A stretch of 64,000 nt of DNA, taken from IMG/VR virus record IMGVR_UViG_3300010383_000113, positions 37,830 to 101,829 of that record. One strand, 5' to 3'. This document shows, in pieces, positions 45,223 through 54,088 of this stretch; position 1 is the first letter of the stretch; each line of letters opens with the position of its first letter. Under the pieces are notes generated by a model. That model made no database searches, had not been told where the DNA came from, and was given only the letters and a program-made list of their open reading frames with translations. A program made the position numbers and the translations under genes. The stretch is from a virus. Its lineage: Duplodnaviria; Heunggongvirae; Uroviricota; Caudoviricetes.

Positions 45223-47198
45223 GAAAGGCTCCAGGCTTTGTTGATGAAGAACGTCCGGCCGTCGCGGTAGCTCCGCTTGCCTTCGACGGCGACGACGGCC
45301 TTGGGACGCATGAGGACGCTGGCGTACTGCTCCCAGGCGTCCGGGAAGGCGACGGCCCCTTCGATGACTTGATCGCCGTCTCCCAGGTCGAGGGTCGCCA
45401 TCTTGCGGCCCCGGTTGTCGCCGTTCTTGACCTCGCGAACCATGAAGTCCAGGACCTCGCAGGCGATGGTCATCGAATCGTCGTCCTTCCCCTCTATATA
45501 TTCTAGGACGGTCGTGTCGGCGATCGAGTCGTCGACCTCGTCCATCTGGCTCGCCGTGATCGCCACGCCCAGGAGGTTCTCCTCGTCGTTCGCGATCATG
45601 TAGGCGGTGTCTTCGAGGGGATAGGGGGGATTCCGGAGCAGGGAGAGGTGGCTCTCGACCTTCACGCGGCGACTCTTCAGGACGGCACCCGGCCTCGCCA
45701 GGAGGTTCTCCAGGGCCGTTTCGAGGTCGTGGCAGGGCCGGGCCGGGTCGACCAGGATCCGCTCCTCGCCGTCCTCGACCTTGACCTTCTTGAGCTTGAT
45801 CTTGGTCCCGATGGGCGTCGGCGGCGTCGGCTCGGGAGGATAGTCCGGGGCGTCGGCGTAGGCCTCGTCGTCGCACCCGAGGAGGCCCTCGTAGACCATG
45901 TCGACCTCATGACAATGATGCCGCCAGGCCTTCAGCTCCTCGTCGTAACGCTTCTTGGCCCCCTTCTCGAAGACCGGGACCTTCACCTCCTGCTCCTCCT
46001 CCCTGTACGTCTTCTCGCCCTTGTAGACCGGGTCGCCGAGGGCCATGACCGCCCCCTGCTCCTTCTCCGTGAGGCCGTTCCAGGCGTCCAGCTCGGCCAG
46101 CATCCGCAGGCGGGGCAGGTCGTACTCGTCCATCCCGCCGGCCTTGATGATGTTCCGGAGGTGGGAGGCCCCGCAGAGGGCCGATCCGAGGGTCAGGAAC
46201 TTCCACCAGTCCCAGGTCATCAGGGCCTCGCGTTGCAGGCCTTGCCGCATCTTGTCGACGGCCTTCTCGCCCACGCCCTTGATGTTGGCCAGGCCGAATC
46301 GGACTTTGACGTTGTCGGTCGAGAACCGAGGCTCCAGGTCGACGAATCGCGGGGTCAGCACCTTGATGCCGAAACGACGGGCGTCCCGGATCAACTTGCG
46401 GACCTCCTTGATGGGGTCCATCTTCTCGTTCGCATATTCCAGGTAGGACGCGAAGAAGTAGACGGGGAAGTGGACTTTGAGATATGCGGTTTCAAACGCA
46501 TTTAAGCCATATGCGACCGAGTGAGCTAAATTAAAGATGTATTTTCCTGACTTTTTGATGTTTTCGTACAAGGCGATTGCTTGTTCACGAGTGATCCTTC
46601 CAACCTCCTCGCAACGATCAACGAACAGAACGCCAAGCTCATTGACCAAATCAACCTTTTTCTTGCTAACGGCCGACCGCAATGAGTCCGCTTCGACCTT
46701 GTCAAATCTGGCAAGCCTAGCCGCTATTTTACATAACTGTTCCTGATACAACATGATCTGATAGGTTGGGCCCAGAATATCCTCGATATCCGGGATGTCG
46801 ACGACCACCGGCTCGACTCCATTCTTTCGATAGCAGAACAGGTCGGCCATGTTGACGCCCTTCTCGTCCTTGGCCTTGAGGACGCCGGGCCGGAGCAACG
46901 CCACGAGGGCCGCCAGGTGTTCGACCGACTCGGGCTTCAGCTTCTCGCTGTAACGCTTCCCGAGCGGCGATTCGAGCTGGAACACCCCGGTGGTCAGGCC
47001 CTCGGCGAAGAGGTCCCAGACCAGGGGGCAGGACTCGTCGTAGGCGTCCCGGTCGATCTCGATGGCGTGGTGGCCGTTGACGTCGGGCAGTTCGTCTCGG
47101 ACCTTGAAGCGGCAGCCGCAGGGGAATTCGTAGAGGCGATTCTCGGCGTCGTAGACCGGCTCGATCACTCGGGCCTTGTCCCCTTCGATGACTTTCAA
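45219..47198 (-). CDS. dnaE: DNA polymerase III alpha, C-terminal part (fingers, HhH, OB)
   Basis: TTGVFQLES, LVALLRPG, TYQIMLYQEQ, AVSKKK, FNLAHSVAYG, VRFGLANIKGVG, E..LLGVAIT, OB-fold DGRTFFIN. Confidence 0.9.
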   Translation of the reverse strand: MKVIEGDKARVIEPVYDAENRLYEFPCGCRFKVRDELPDVNGHHAIEIDRDAYDESCPLVWDLFAEGLTTGVFQLESPLGKRYSEKLKPESVEHLAALVALLRPGVLKAKDEKGVNMADLFCYRKNGVEPVVVDIPDIEDILGPTYQIMLYQEQLCKIAARLARFDKVEADSLRSAVSKKKVDLVNELGVLFVDRCEEVGRITREQAIALYENIKKSGKYIFNLAHSVAYGLNAFETAYLKVHFPVYFFASYLEYANEKMDPIKEVRKLIRDARRFGIKVLTPRFVDLEPRFSTDNVKVRFGLANIKGVGEKAVDKMRQGLQREALMTWDWWKFLTLGSALCGASHLRNIIKAGGMDEYDLPRLRMLAELDAWNGLTEKEQGAVMALGDPVYKGEKTYREEEQEVKVPVFEKGAKKRYDEELKAWRHHCHEVDMVYEGLLGCDDEAYADAPDYPPEPTPPTPIGTKIKLKKVKVEDGEERILVDPARPCHDLETALENLLARPGAVLKSRRVKVESHLSLLRNPPYPLEDTAYMIANDEENLLGVAITASQMDEVDDSIADTTVLEYIEGKDDDSMTIACEVLDFMVREVKNGDNRGRKMATLDLGDGDQVIEGAVAFPDAWEQYASVLMRPKAVVAVEGKRSYRDGRTFFINKAWSLS

Positions 47199-47404
47199 GA
47201 GGCACTCCAGATGGTTTGTCGGACGACGTCGGCCATGACGAGGAAGCAGACCAGGGCCAGCACGGACTGGCAGACGACCAGCGGGATCTTCTGATAGTCG
47301 GGCCGGATGCCGAACATGGAGTCGACGGCGAGCCAGAACATGAAGGACAGGGGCAGGACGAAGAGGCAGAGGCAGGACACGTAGAACTCGATTTCGTTTC
47401 TCAA
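47195..47404 (-). CDS. Small two-TM membrane protein (holin-like size)
   Basis: Two hydrophobic helices in 69 aa; translationally coupled on both sides. Confidence 0.6.
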   Translation of the reverse strand: MRNEIEFYVSCLCLFVLPLSFMFWLAVDSMFGIRPDYQKIPLVVCQSVLALVCFLVMADVVRQTIWSAS

Positions 47405-48129
47405 CGCCGCGAAAACTCCTTCTTCTTGACGGCCTTCCGACGCTCGACCTCGGCCTGGGCCTTCTCGTGGTCGAAGGCGTCCTTCCAGACGATGTTCTTG
47501 CCGACGCGACGTGACAGCTTCAGGAGCCGCTGCAAGATCCAGAAGGTGTCCTTGACGTCCTGCATCGCGTCGTGGCCCTTCTCCAGCGACTCCTTGGGCA
47601 TGCCCAGGTGCTTCCGCCAGTAGTCGAGGCTCAGCTTGTTCCCGTCGGGCAGGTCCTCCATCCAGTAGTTCAGGAGGTTGAGGGTGTCGTAGCAGCCCAT
47701 GGGGCTGAACAGGTTGGGGCGGACTTCACCGTTCGACTCGGTCCGGACCGTGCCGTACTTGCGGCAGTACCTCTCCATGATCGGGAGGTCGAAGTTGATG
47801 ATGTTGTGGCCGGCGGCGTCGGGCAGAACGTACTTCGAGGTCGAGGCCCCCAGCTTCCAGAACCGCGTCCAGGTCAGGAATCGATCCCAGACCTCCTCCG
47901 GGTGGGGGGCGTCGGCCAGCTCCTCCCGAGTCTTCTTGTTGACGGCGAGGGCCTGGTCCTCGACCTTGTCCCAGTCGAGGGGCCGCATCAGGGATTCGAA
48001 CCTGGCGTTCGGGATGGGCTCCAGGGTGGCCGGGTTCATCGCCATCGCGGCGATCTGGACGATCTCGGTCTCGGCGACCTTGTTGCTGGACGTCTCCAGG
48101 TCGAAGACGATGATGGTGTTGTTACGCAT
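47401..48129 (-). CDS. dnaQ: DEDDh 3'-5' exonuclease (DnaQ/epsilon-like)
   Basis: VFDLETS (Exo I), GHNIINFDL (Exo II), HDAMQDV (Exo III). Confidence 0.9.
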   Translation of the reverse strand: MRNNTIIVFDLETSSNKVAETEIVQIAAMAMNPATLEPIPNARFESLMRPLDWDKVEDQALAVNKKTREELADAPHPEEVWDRFLTWTRFWKLGASTSKYVLPDAAGHNIINFDLPIMERYCRKYGTVRTESNGEVRPNLFSPMGCYDTLNLLNYWMEDLPDGNKLSLDYWRKHLGMPKESLEKGHDAMQDVKDTFWILQRLLKLSRRVGKNIVWKDAFDHEKAQAEVERRKAVKKKEFSRR

Positions 48130-48352
48130 GGAGTTCGGCCTCGATCACCTCGGCCGACCTGGGGTCGCCCAATTCCGATTCCGAAGCGACGATCTTGGCC
48201 CTGGTCTCGTCCATGTAGACTCCGATGACCTCGCCGTTCCAACTGTTGTAGATATGACCGTCGAACCCGTTGTCGATCGTTGCACATCGCATGACGACGT
48301 AGACGCGACGGCCCGGCTCGGCCGTCAGATCGTAATTCTCCCGCAAATACAT
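48122..48352 (-). CDS. Small hypothetical protein
   Basis: ATG 48352 with AGGA RBS; overlaps the dnaQ start. Confidence 0.55.
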   Translation of the reverse strand: MYLRENYDLTAEPGRRVYVVMRCATIDNGFDGHIYNSWNGEVIGVYMDETRAKIVASESELGDPRSAEVIEAELHA

Positions 48353-48357
48353 GTCCT

Positions 48358-48915
48358 TCAATCCTCCAGATGTTCTTCGATGATGGAAACGGCCTCGGAG
48401 ATCCCCTCCAGGGGCCCCTTGAGGAGTTTGTCGAGGCCGTACATGGGGACGACGACCGTCTCGCCGCCGGGCAGGTAGGGCTGGGGTGAGGGCTTCCCGA
48501 CGACCTCGGCCAGGTCCGGCTTCGCCCGGAGGAGCAGGGAGGTCGGGCCCATCCCGAACGCGAACACGACTTTGGGCCTGACGAGGGTGAGTTCCCGCCA
48601 CAGCCATTTCTTGCACTGTTGGAGGTCGGCCTTGGTGGGAATCTTCCCCCTGGTGGGGCAGTGGAACAGGAACGTGGCCCACACCCTTTCATAGGACAGT
48701 CCCGCCGACCGGAGGAGTTTCCGGAGGAAGTCCCCCTTGAGTCCCCCTCCCTGCTCCGCGTCCGCCAGGACGCACATGACGTCCGCGTGGACCTCACCGA
48801 TCGGCGGGGTCGGGCTCGGACAGTTCGCCGCGAGGGGGCAGGCTCGGCAGGACGCCAGGGCCTCGTCCAGCGACTCTCTCGTCCACGATGAAGAACTGGA
48901 AGACGGCGGGGTCAT
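48358..48915 (-). CDS. Degenerate family-4 uracil-DNA-glycosylase-like Fe-S protein (start uncertain)
   Basis: CRACPL..NC, HCPTRG.IPT..DLQQCKKWL.RELTLVRPKVV..FG; lacks GEAPG and the TN asparagine. Confidence 0.7.
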   Translation of the reverse strand: MTPPSSSSSSWTRESLDEALASCRACPLAANCPSPTPPIGEVHADVMCVLADAEQGGGLKGDFLRKLLRSAGLSYERVWATFLFHCPTRGKIPTKADLQQCKKWLWRELTLVRPKVVFAFGMGPTSLLLRAKPDLAEVVGKPSPQPYLPGGETVVVPMYGLDKLLKGPLEGISEAVSIIEEHLED

Positions 48916-49075
48916 ACTTGTGCCGCTCGTAGTAGCAGAAGGCCGAGGCGAGGGCCGCAACGGCCAGGATGAAGTGGCGGAAATCCCAAACGCTGACGAC
49001 GAAATTGGCGAACGGACGACGCTCCACGTCCTCGGTGCCGGCCCTCGACGTCTTAAAGCCTCCCGGTGAGGGCAA
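48794..49075 (-). CDS. Small single-TM protein overlapping the UDG-like gene
   Basis: Hydrophobic helix FILAVAALASAFCYY; GC3 bias lasts only to about 48880. Confidence 0.45.
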   Translation of the reverse strand: MPSPGGFKTSRAGTEDVERRPFANFVVSVWDFRHFILAVAALASAFCYYERHKYDPAVFQFFIVDERVAGRGPGVLPSLPPRGELSEPDPADR

Positions 49076-50972
49076 GGTTCCGCACTCCTTCGCACTTGTC
49101 GAGCATGGCCACGCCCAGGACGTCCAACTTCATCAGGCCCATGGATTCGAGCTGGGGATATTCCATGTCGGCGATCCAGCAGTCGTCGGCCTCGTCGTAA
49201 CGCAGGGGGGCGATGTCGCAGAGGGGGCCGTCCGAGATGACCACGCCGGCCGCGTGCGTGCCCCGCGTCCGCTTGACGCCCTCCAGGCGGATCGCCTGCT
49301 CGAAGTAGGGGGCGAACTCCCCCTCGATCGAGCCGTCGTCGTTCATCGTCGCCCACTCGGACAGGTCGTCGCGGAAGTTGTCGAGGGTCCAGCGGATGAT
49401 GGAGGCGTTCTCGCCCATCTCCTCCAACTCCTCGCTGATCCGGGCCTTGTCCGGGAAGAACTGGGTGATCTGCTTGCGGACGTCGAAGCCGACCTCGTGG
49501 GCCGCGAACACCTCGTCGATCGCCGACTTGCCCTGCATCGTCCCGAACGTCGCGATCTTGCCCACCCGGTCGTGCCCATACTTCCCCTGCAAGTAGCGGA
49601 CGCAGGGCTTGCGGGCGTGCTGGGGCACGTCGCAGTCGATGTCGGGCATGGAGATGTGGCCCGGGGTATTCCGGCCCTCGTTGTAGAACCGCTCGATCAT
49701 CAGGTCGTAGTAAATCGGGTCGATCTCGGTGATGTTCGTGAGCCAGGCGACCAGCGAACCGCCGGCCGAACCACGGGCCCTGCCACACCACCAGCCTTGC
49801 GACTTGCACCAGTTCATGAAGTCCGAGACGATCAGGAAGTAGCTGGACAGGCCGGCTTCCTCGAAGATCTTGAGTTCCTGTTCGAGCCGGGCCTCGTACG
49901 TCTCGATCGGGTGCGACAGGTCGGCGTCGGCGATCAGGCGGTCCCAACCCTTGCGGCACAATTCGCGGAGGTAGCCCTCCTGGGTCCAGCCGTCGATCCC
50001 GGGGAACTTGGGGATCTTCGGATTCGACAAGATGTCGTAGTCCTCGATCATCTCGGCGATGACCATGCTCTGGCGAATCTCGTCGTCCGTGTGGTGCAGC
50101 CGCATCTCCTCGACCGAGGGCAGATGGAAGCTGTCGCCCTTGAAGAACCCTCCGAGGTCCACCTCCTCGTCCTGGTCGAGCTTGCGTCGGACTTGGTTGA
50201 GGGTCGTCCTGAGCTTGGAGCACAGCAGGATCCGCTGGTCGGCCGCATCCTCACGCCGGATGTAGTGGGTGTCGGCCGTCGCCACGCAGGGGATGCCCGT
50301 CTTCTTGGAGGCCCACCGGACGGCCTTGGCGATGGCCCTGGCGGCGGGGAAGGCGTCCGGGTCGAGGACCTGGACCTCCAGGAAGAAGTTCTCCCGGCCG
50401 AAAACGCTGACGTACTGCTCGATCATGCGGAGCATCCGCTCGGGGGCGTCGGCGTGGATGTGGTTGTCGCGGATCTCCTCATAGGACGTGCTTTTGTAAG
50501 CCGCCCGATAGTCCTTGAAGATGACGTTGCCGAGGTCGCTGCCGGGGTGGCCGCTGAAGGCGATCAGGTTGCCGCCGGCCGTGAAGTCGCGAAGTTCATC
50601 GAGTGATTGGCGGGGCGAGTAGTAGAAGTGGTCCTTGTCGTTCGACCGGCTGACCAGGCGGAGTAGGTCCTTCCACCCGGCCAGGTTTTTCGAGAGGACG
50701 ACGAGGTGGGAAAGGGGCCGATTCTCTGCGTTCTTGATCGTCGAGTGCTGCCGAGACAGGTAGATTTCGCAGCCGAGCGGTGCCTTCAGGCCGTGCTTGC
50801 CCATCTCCTTGCGGAAGCCGGCGGCCCCGGAAACCGACCCGTGATCCGTGATGGCACATCCCGGCAAGCCCAATTCAAGACAGCGTTTAGCGGCGTCTTT
50901 CGGATTGGCGATCGAGTCTAATAAGGAAAAAGCGTCGTGCCGGTGAAGCGGAAACCATTGCAGATCAGACAC
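49053..50972 (-). CDS. dnaE: DNA polymerase III alpha, N-terminal part (PHP and palm)
   Basis: LHRHDAFSLLD, ITDHG, TADTHY, GRARGSAGGS, MPDIDCD, GTHAAGVVIS, MKLDVLG. Confidence 0.92.
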   Translation of the reverse strand: MSDLQWFPLHRHDAFSLLDSIANPKDAAKRCLELGLPGCAITDHGSVSGAAGFRKEMGKHGLKAPLGCEIYLSRQHSTIKNAENRPLSHLVVLSKNLAGWKDLLRLVSRSNDKDHFYYSPRQSLDELRDFTAGGNLIAFSGHPGSDLGNVIFKDYRAAYKSTSYEEIRDNHIHADAPERMLRMIEQYVSVFGRENFFLEVQVLDPDAFPAARAIAKAVRWASKKTGIPCVATADTHYIRREDAADQRILLCSKLRTTLNQVRRKLDQDEEVDLGGFFKGDSFHLPSVEEMRLHHTDDEIRQSMVIAEMIEDYDILSNPKIPKFPGIDGWTQEGYLRELCRKGWDRLIADADLSHPIETYEARLEQELKIFEEAGLSSYFLIVSDFMNWCKSQGWWCGRARGSAGGSLVAWLTNITEIDPIYYDLMIERFYNEGRNTPGHISMPDIDCDVPQHARKPCVRYLQGKYGHDRVGKIATFGTMQGKSAIDEVFAAHEVGFDVRKQITQFFPDKARISEELEEMGENASIIRWTLDNFRDDLSEWATMNDDGSIEGEFAPYFEQAIRLEGVKRTRGTHAAGVVISDGPLCDIAPLRYDEADDCWIADMEYPQLESMGLMKLDVLGVAMLDKCEGVRNLALTGRL

Positions 50973-51354
50973 TTAGAGAAGCCTCAAATTTGTTGTCGGC
51001 GAGTTTTGCGAAGCACACGCACCAGTACCGAGACCCGTCCGGACCGGCCTCCATGCCCACGCCGATCGAGTCGAAATCGACGCTCAGGATGTTCGAGGCG
51101 TGTCTTGAACTGCCAAGCCAACGATCCATCATGTCGCCGACCCGGCCGTCGACGCCGATGTTCTCGGCCGCCGTCCCGAGGCCGTTCCGCCGGGCCCGAG
51201 AGGCGAAGCTCCCGCCCGTCGGCCCGTCGTGCGACAGGGTCTCGTGAGAGGCCATGTCCTCAGCGTGGGACGCGGCCATCCGGGCCAGGACGGGATCGTA
51301 GGCCAGGGGCTTCAACCCCCTCCCCTCGCGGACGTCGTTGTGTCCGTCGATCAT
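50965..51354 (-). CDS. CAP/SCP domain protein
   Basis: HNDVRE..GLKPL..D..LARMA..HAEDM...LSH...AENI...W..S..H..NIL...F..IGVG...YWC..F. Confidence 0.9.
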   Translation of the reverse strand: MIDGHNDVREGRGLKPLAYDPVLARMAASHAEDMASHETLSHDGPTGGSFASRARRNGLGTAAENIGVDGRVGDMMDRWLGSSRHASNILSVDFDSIGVGMEAGPDGSRYWCVCFAKLADNKFEASLSV

Positions 51355-51370
51355 CCGCCCGATCGGATTG

Positions 51371-51892
51371 TCAAGAATTCCCCACCTCCTTCTGTCGTTC
51401 GGAGACCCTATGGCAGAGCCACACGAACTTCTCCGGCGAATAACTTTGCTTCATCATGTTGACGTCCATGTGACACCAAACGACGTTTCCCGGGGTGTAG
51501 TCCCCGTCGGAGTCGAGGCGGTCCAGCGACGCCGTCAGCCCAGGCCCACGGCGGGCGGCTTCGAGGCCGAGCCCGCTGTAGTGGCATCGCCCTCCCTGCT
51601 CCTCCCACAGGACCACAACATCTTCATAGGACAGGGCCCAGGCGATCCGGCGACGTTCGGCGTTCCGCCGGAACCTCTCGAACAGCCATCGGCCCACGGG
51701 CCCGTCGTCGGGCCTGGACTTACGCCTGCGAGACCTCTTGCGACACCGGCATTCGTCCAGAACGACCCGGGAGAGGCTCCCGACCGAGACGTCGACGGAA
51801 CGACCGCAGACGCAACGGCAGCGATACCGGCCGTCTTCCAGGGGCCTCTCGACCGTCCAGGGGCCGTACACGTCATGAACTTCGATCGACAA
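51371..51892 (-). CDS. His-Me finger (HNH-like) endonuclease, possibly a free-standing homing endonuclease
   Basis: N-terminal YRCRCVCG; GRCHYSG...SLDRLDSDGDYTPGNVVWCHMDVNMMK. Confidence 0.75.
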   Translation of the reverse strand: MSIEVHDVYGPWTVERPLEDGRYRCRCVCGRSVDVSVGSLSRVVLDECRCRKRSRRRKSRPDDGPVGRWLFERFRRNAERRRIAWALSYEDVVVLWEEQGGRCHYSGLGLEAARRGPGLTASLDRLDSDGDYTPGNVVWCHMDVNMMKQSYSPEKFVWLCHRVSERQKEVGNS

Positions 51893-51950
51893 GGAGAGAG
51901 TCCCGGGCGACGGGGCTTCTCCCCTCGAAACGGACGCCGTTCACGACGCC

Positions 51951-52226
51951 CTAGTAGCCGACTTGCCGATAAATCCACCGGCCCTTCTCGTCCTTCTCGA
52001 TGGCGACTTCGAGCTTCCAGTCCTTCGGGCTGAGTTCATGGGACGACTGGTAGAAGTCCTCGTAGTTCACGTAGAGGGGCTGGCCGTTCTGGTCGAGGAC
52101 GGGCCTGAGTCGATATCCATCCGAGGTGAAACCCCTCATGCTGGAGGCCCCGCTCTCGATGGCCCACTGCTTGAAACTTTGGCCCGTGTCCTTCCGAGTC
52201 AGCCTGAACTTAATCGGAAACGCCAA
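51951..52226 (-). CDS. Hypothetical protein
   Basis: GGAGG RBS upstream; packed ORF. Confidence 0.6.
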   Translation of the reverse strand: MAFPIKFRLTRKDTGQSFKQWAIESGASSMRGFTSDGYRLRPVLDQNGQPLYVNYEDFYQSSHELSPKDWKLEVAIEKDEKGRWIYRQVGY

Positions 52227-53235
52227 GGGTCACCTCCGACTGCCGCCCGCCGCCCGATCCATATTGCCCAAACGCCCCAGGTATCCCATGTTTCGCCATG
52301 GTGGCATCCATACCGATCGTGTAGATGGAGTCGCGAATGATTTCGCATCGAGTCTTGCCGTCGACGATGGGACCTTTTTGGCCGTGGGCACAGGTATACT
52401 TGCACTTGAAGGCCATGTTCGAGGGGACTCGGCCCGGCCGTTCATTCGCCCTGATCTCGTCGAAGGCCTTCTTCAGCATCGCCTCGGCCTCGGCGTACTG
52501 TTCGTCCCCGAACATCATGCGGAACGGCCCGTCGAACTTGACGAACAGGATCGTCATCATGATCGCCTTATCCGGGAACAGTCGGCGGAGGGCGTAGTAG
52601 TACAGCAAGAGCTGCTTGTCGTGCCAGAGGCTCCAGTAGTCCTTTTCTATGCCGGTATTGAAGTCCGACTGCCTACCCGTCTTGTAGTCCACACATTCCA
52701 GAAGATTTGTGTCCATCTTGTCGGCAACGACCAGGTCCGTCGTGCCCTTGATGCCGAGGAAGCCCTCGATCGGCCCCTGGGGCGTCTCGTACGTGTACCT
52801 GGCCCAATCCTCTTCGATGACGAAGTCGAACTTGACCTCGGGCTCGACGACGATCTGGTTCATGGGGTCGAAGTAGCCGCCCCAGTCATTCAGGGCCTTG
52901 TACGTCCACTCCCGGCACTCCTTGAAGTGCGTGGCGTTCCAGTCGAGGTGGTCTTCGATCTTGACGTAGTAGTCGTAGGCGGCCTGAATGGCCCACTCGG
53001 GGGTGATGTCGGCGACCACGAGGGGGCCGAACGTCTCGTCCTCGTACTCGAAGACCCCCTCTCTCGTCATCTTGGACTTCCAGGCGAGGGTCTCCATCGC
53101 CTTGTGTACTGCGTTGCCTTTAGCAGCGGCAAGTCCGCTTTTGCCGCGATGACCGAGGACGTACGTGATGAAGTAATCGGTCTCGCAGCCATAGAAGCAG
53201 TTCAGGGACGATGACCTGAGATAGGTGACAATCAA
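52210..53235 (-). CDS. PD-(D/E)XK nuclease (RecB/Cas4-like)
   Basis: YLRSSSL...C, GNAVHKAME, PEVKF, IKGTTDLV, VDYKTG, QLLLY, terminal C..C...C. Confidence 0.85.
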   Translation of the reverse strand: MIVTYLRSSSLNCFYGCETDYFITYVLGHRGKSGLAAAKGNAVHKAMETLAWKSKMTREGVFEYEDETFGPLVVADITPEWAIQAAYDYYVKIEDHLDWNATHFKECREWTYKALNDWGGYFDPMNQIVVEPEVKFDFVIEEDWARYTYETPQGPIEGFLGIKGTTDLVVADKMDTNLLECVDYKTGRQSDFNTGIEKDYWSLWHDKQLLLYYYALRRLFPDKAIMMTILFVKFDGPFRMMFGDEQYAEAEAMLKKAFDEIRANERPGRVPSNMAFKCKYTCAHGQKGPIVDGKTRCEIIRDSIYTIGMDATMAKHGIPGAFGQYGSGGGRQSEVTLGVSD

Positions 53236-53876
53236 GAGTCACGTTCCTTCAAATCGAGAAACCGAATCTCTTCCGGCCAATAGCCAAGACTCCCATTGGA
53301 ATGATCCACGTCGAACGTCCGGACGATGAGATAGTCGTTCAACGTCCTTTTGATGAGCGACCCTCTCGTGCCGCCCCACTGAACAAGCCGGTTGTTCGAA
53401 TAAACGGCCGACTCGCCCATGGCATCATCAACGACCAGGACGGCCGCTGGCCGGGAGCAGGGAGGGGCGTACTCTTCGTCGACCCAGACGTTTTCCAGCC
53501 GCTTGGGCCAGTAGATCTCTCCTTGGCACTCCTTCGTCATGGACCCAATGATGCGACGGCACTTCTCGTCGATGTGCTCGGATTCCTTGTGGGTGGGCCA
53601 ACTGTTGACGTAGTCGCCGTCCAGATAGTAGGCCGTCTCGCCCCTACCCAGGTCATCGACGCAAACTCTCTGCGGGGGCGGCGTCCCGACGGCGATGTCG
53701 GAAGAGACATGCTTCGTCTCAAGATCATCATCGGCGACGAAGAATCGAACGAGGACTTCGATGCCTCGCTGTTCGTGACGCCTGACGGCCGTGATCTCCT
53801 GGACCTCCTCGACCCTCTCCCCTGCTTCGTTCTCGATGAACGGCATGTTGCCGTCGAGCCTGTAGAACAACTTCAT
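53232..53876 (-). CDS. Hypothetical protein
   Basis: Coupled ORF in the operon. Confidence 0.65.
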   Translation of the reverse strand: MKLFYRLDGNMPFIENEAGERVEEVQEITAVRRHEQRGIEVLVRFFVADDDLETKHVSSDIAVGTPPPQRVCVDDLGRGETAYYLDGDYVNSWPTHKESEHIDEKCRRIIGSMTKECQGEIYWPKRLENVWVDEEYAPPCSRPAAVLVVDDAMGESAVYSNNRLVQWGGTRGSLIKRTLNDYLIVRTFDVDHSNGSLGYWPEEIRFLDLKERDS

Positions 53877-54088
53877 GGCTTCGCCCTCTTCACTTTTTCA
53901 ATCGCCAGCGGCAGTCTGCCTACCTGGTGAATCCAGTCCTCGTCGCACCAGAGGATCTCGCCGTCGATGTCCAGGTGCTTGAACAGGTCGTAGTATTGGA
54001 TGTCGTGACCTTCCTCGACCAACACCCCATCGATGTACAGGCCGGTCCAGTTGTCGGCTCTCACGAGGTGAACCTTCTTCGTGGTCAT
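53873..54088 (-). CDS. Small hypothetical protein (paralog A)
   Basis: WTGLYIDGVL...YYDLFKHL. Confidence 0.65.
   Translation of the reverse strand: MTTKKVHLVRADNWTGLYIDGVLVEEGHDIQYYDLFKHLDIDGEILWCDEDWIHQVGRLPLAIEKVKRAKP

Noticed and set aside
47100-47198. Split-intein C-fragment at the start of dnaE-C (MKVI...EPVYD resembles intein block F)
   Set aside because: No His-Asn/Cys junction follows, and dnaE-N has no N-intein tail.
52210-53235. cas4 as part of a CRISPR-Cas locus
   Set aside because: No other cas genes or arrays; solo Cas4/RecB-like nucleases are common in phage replication modules.
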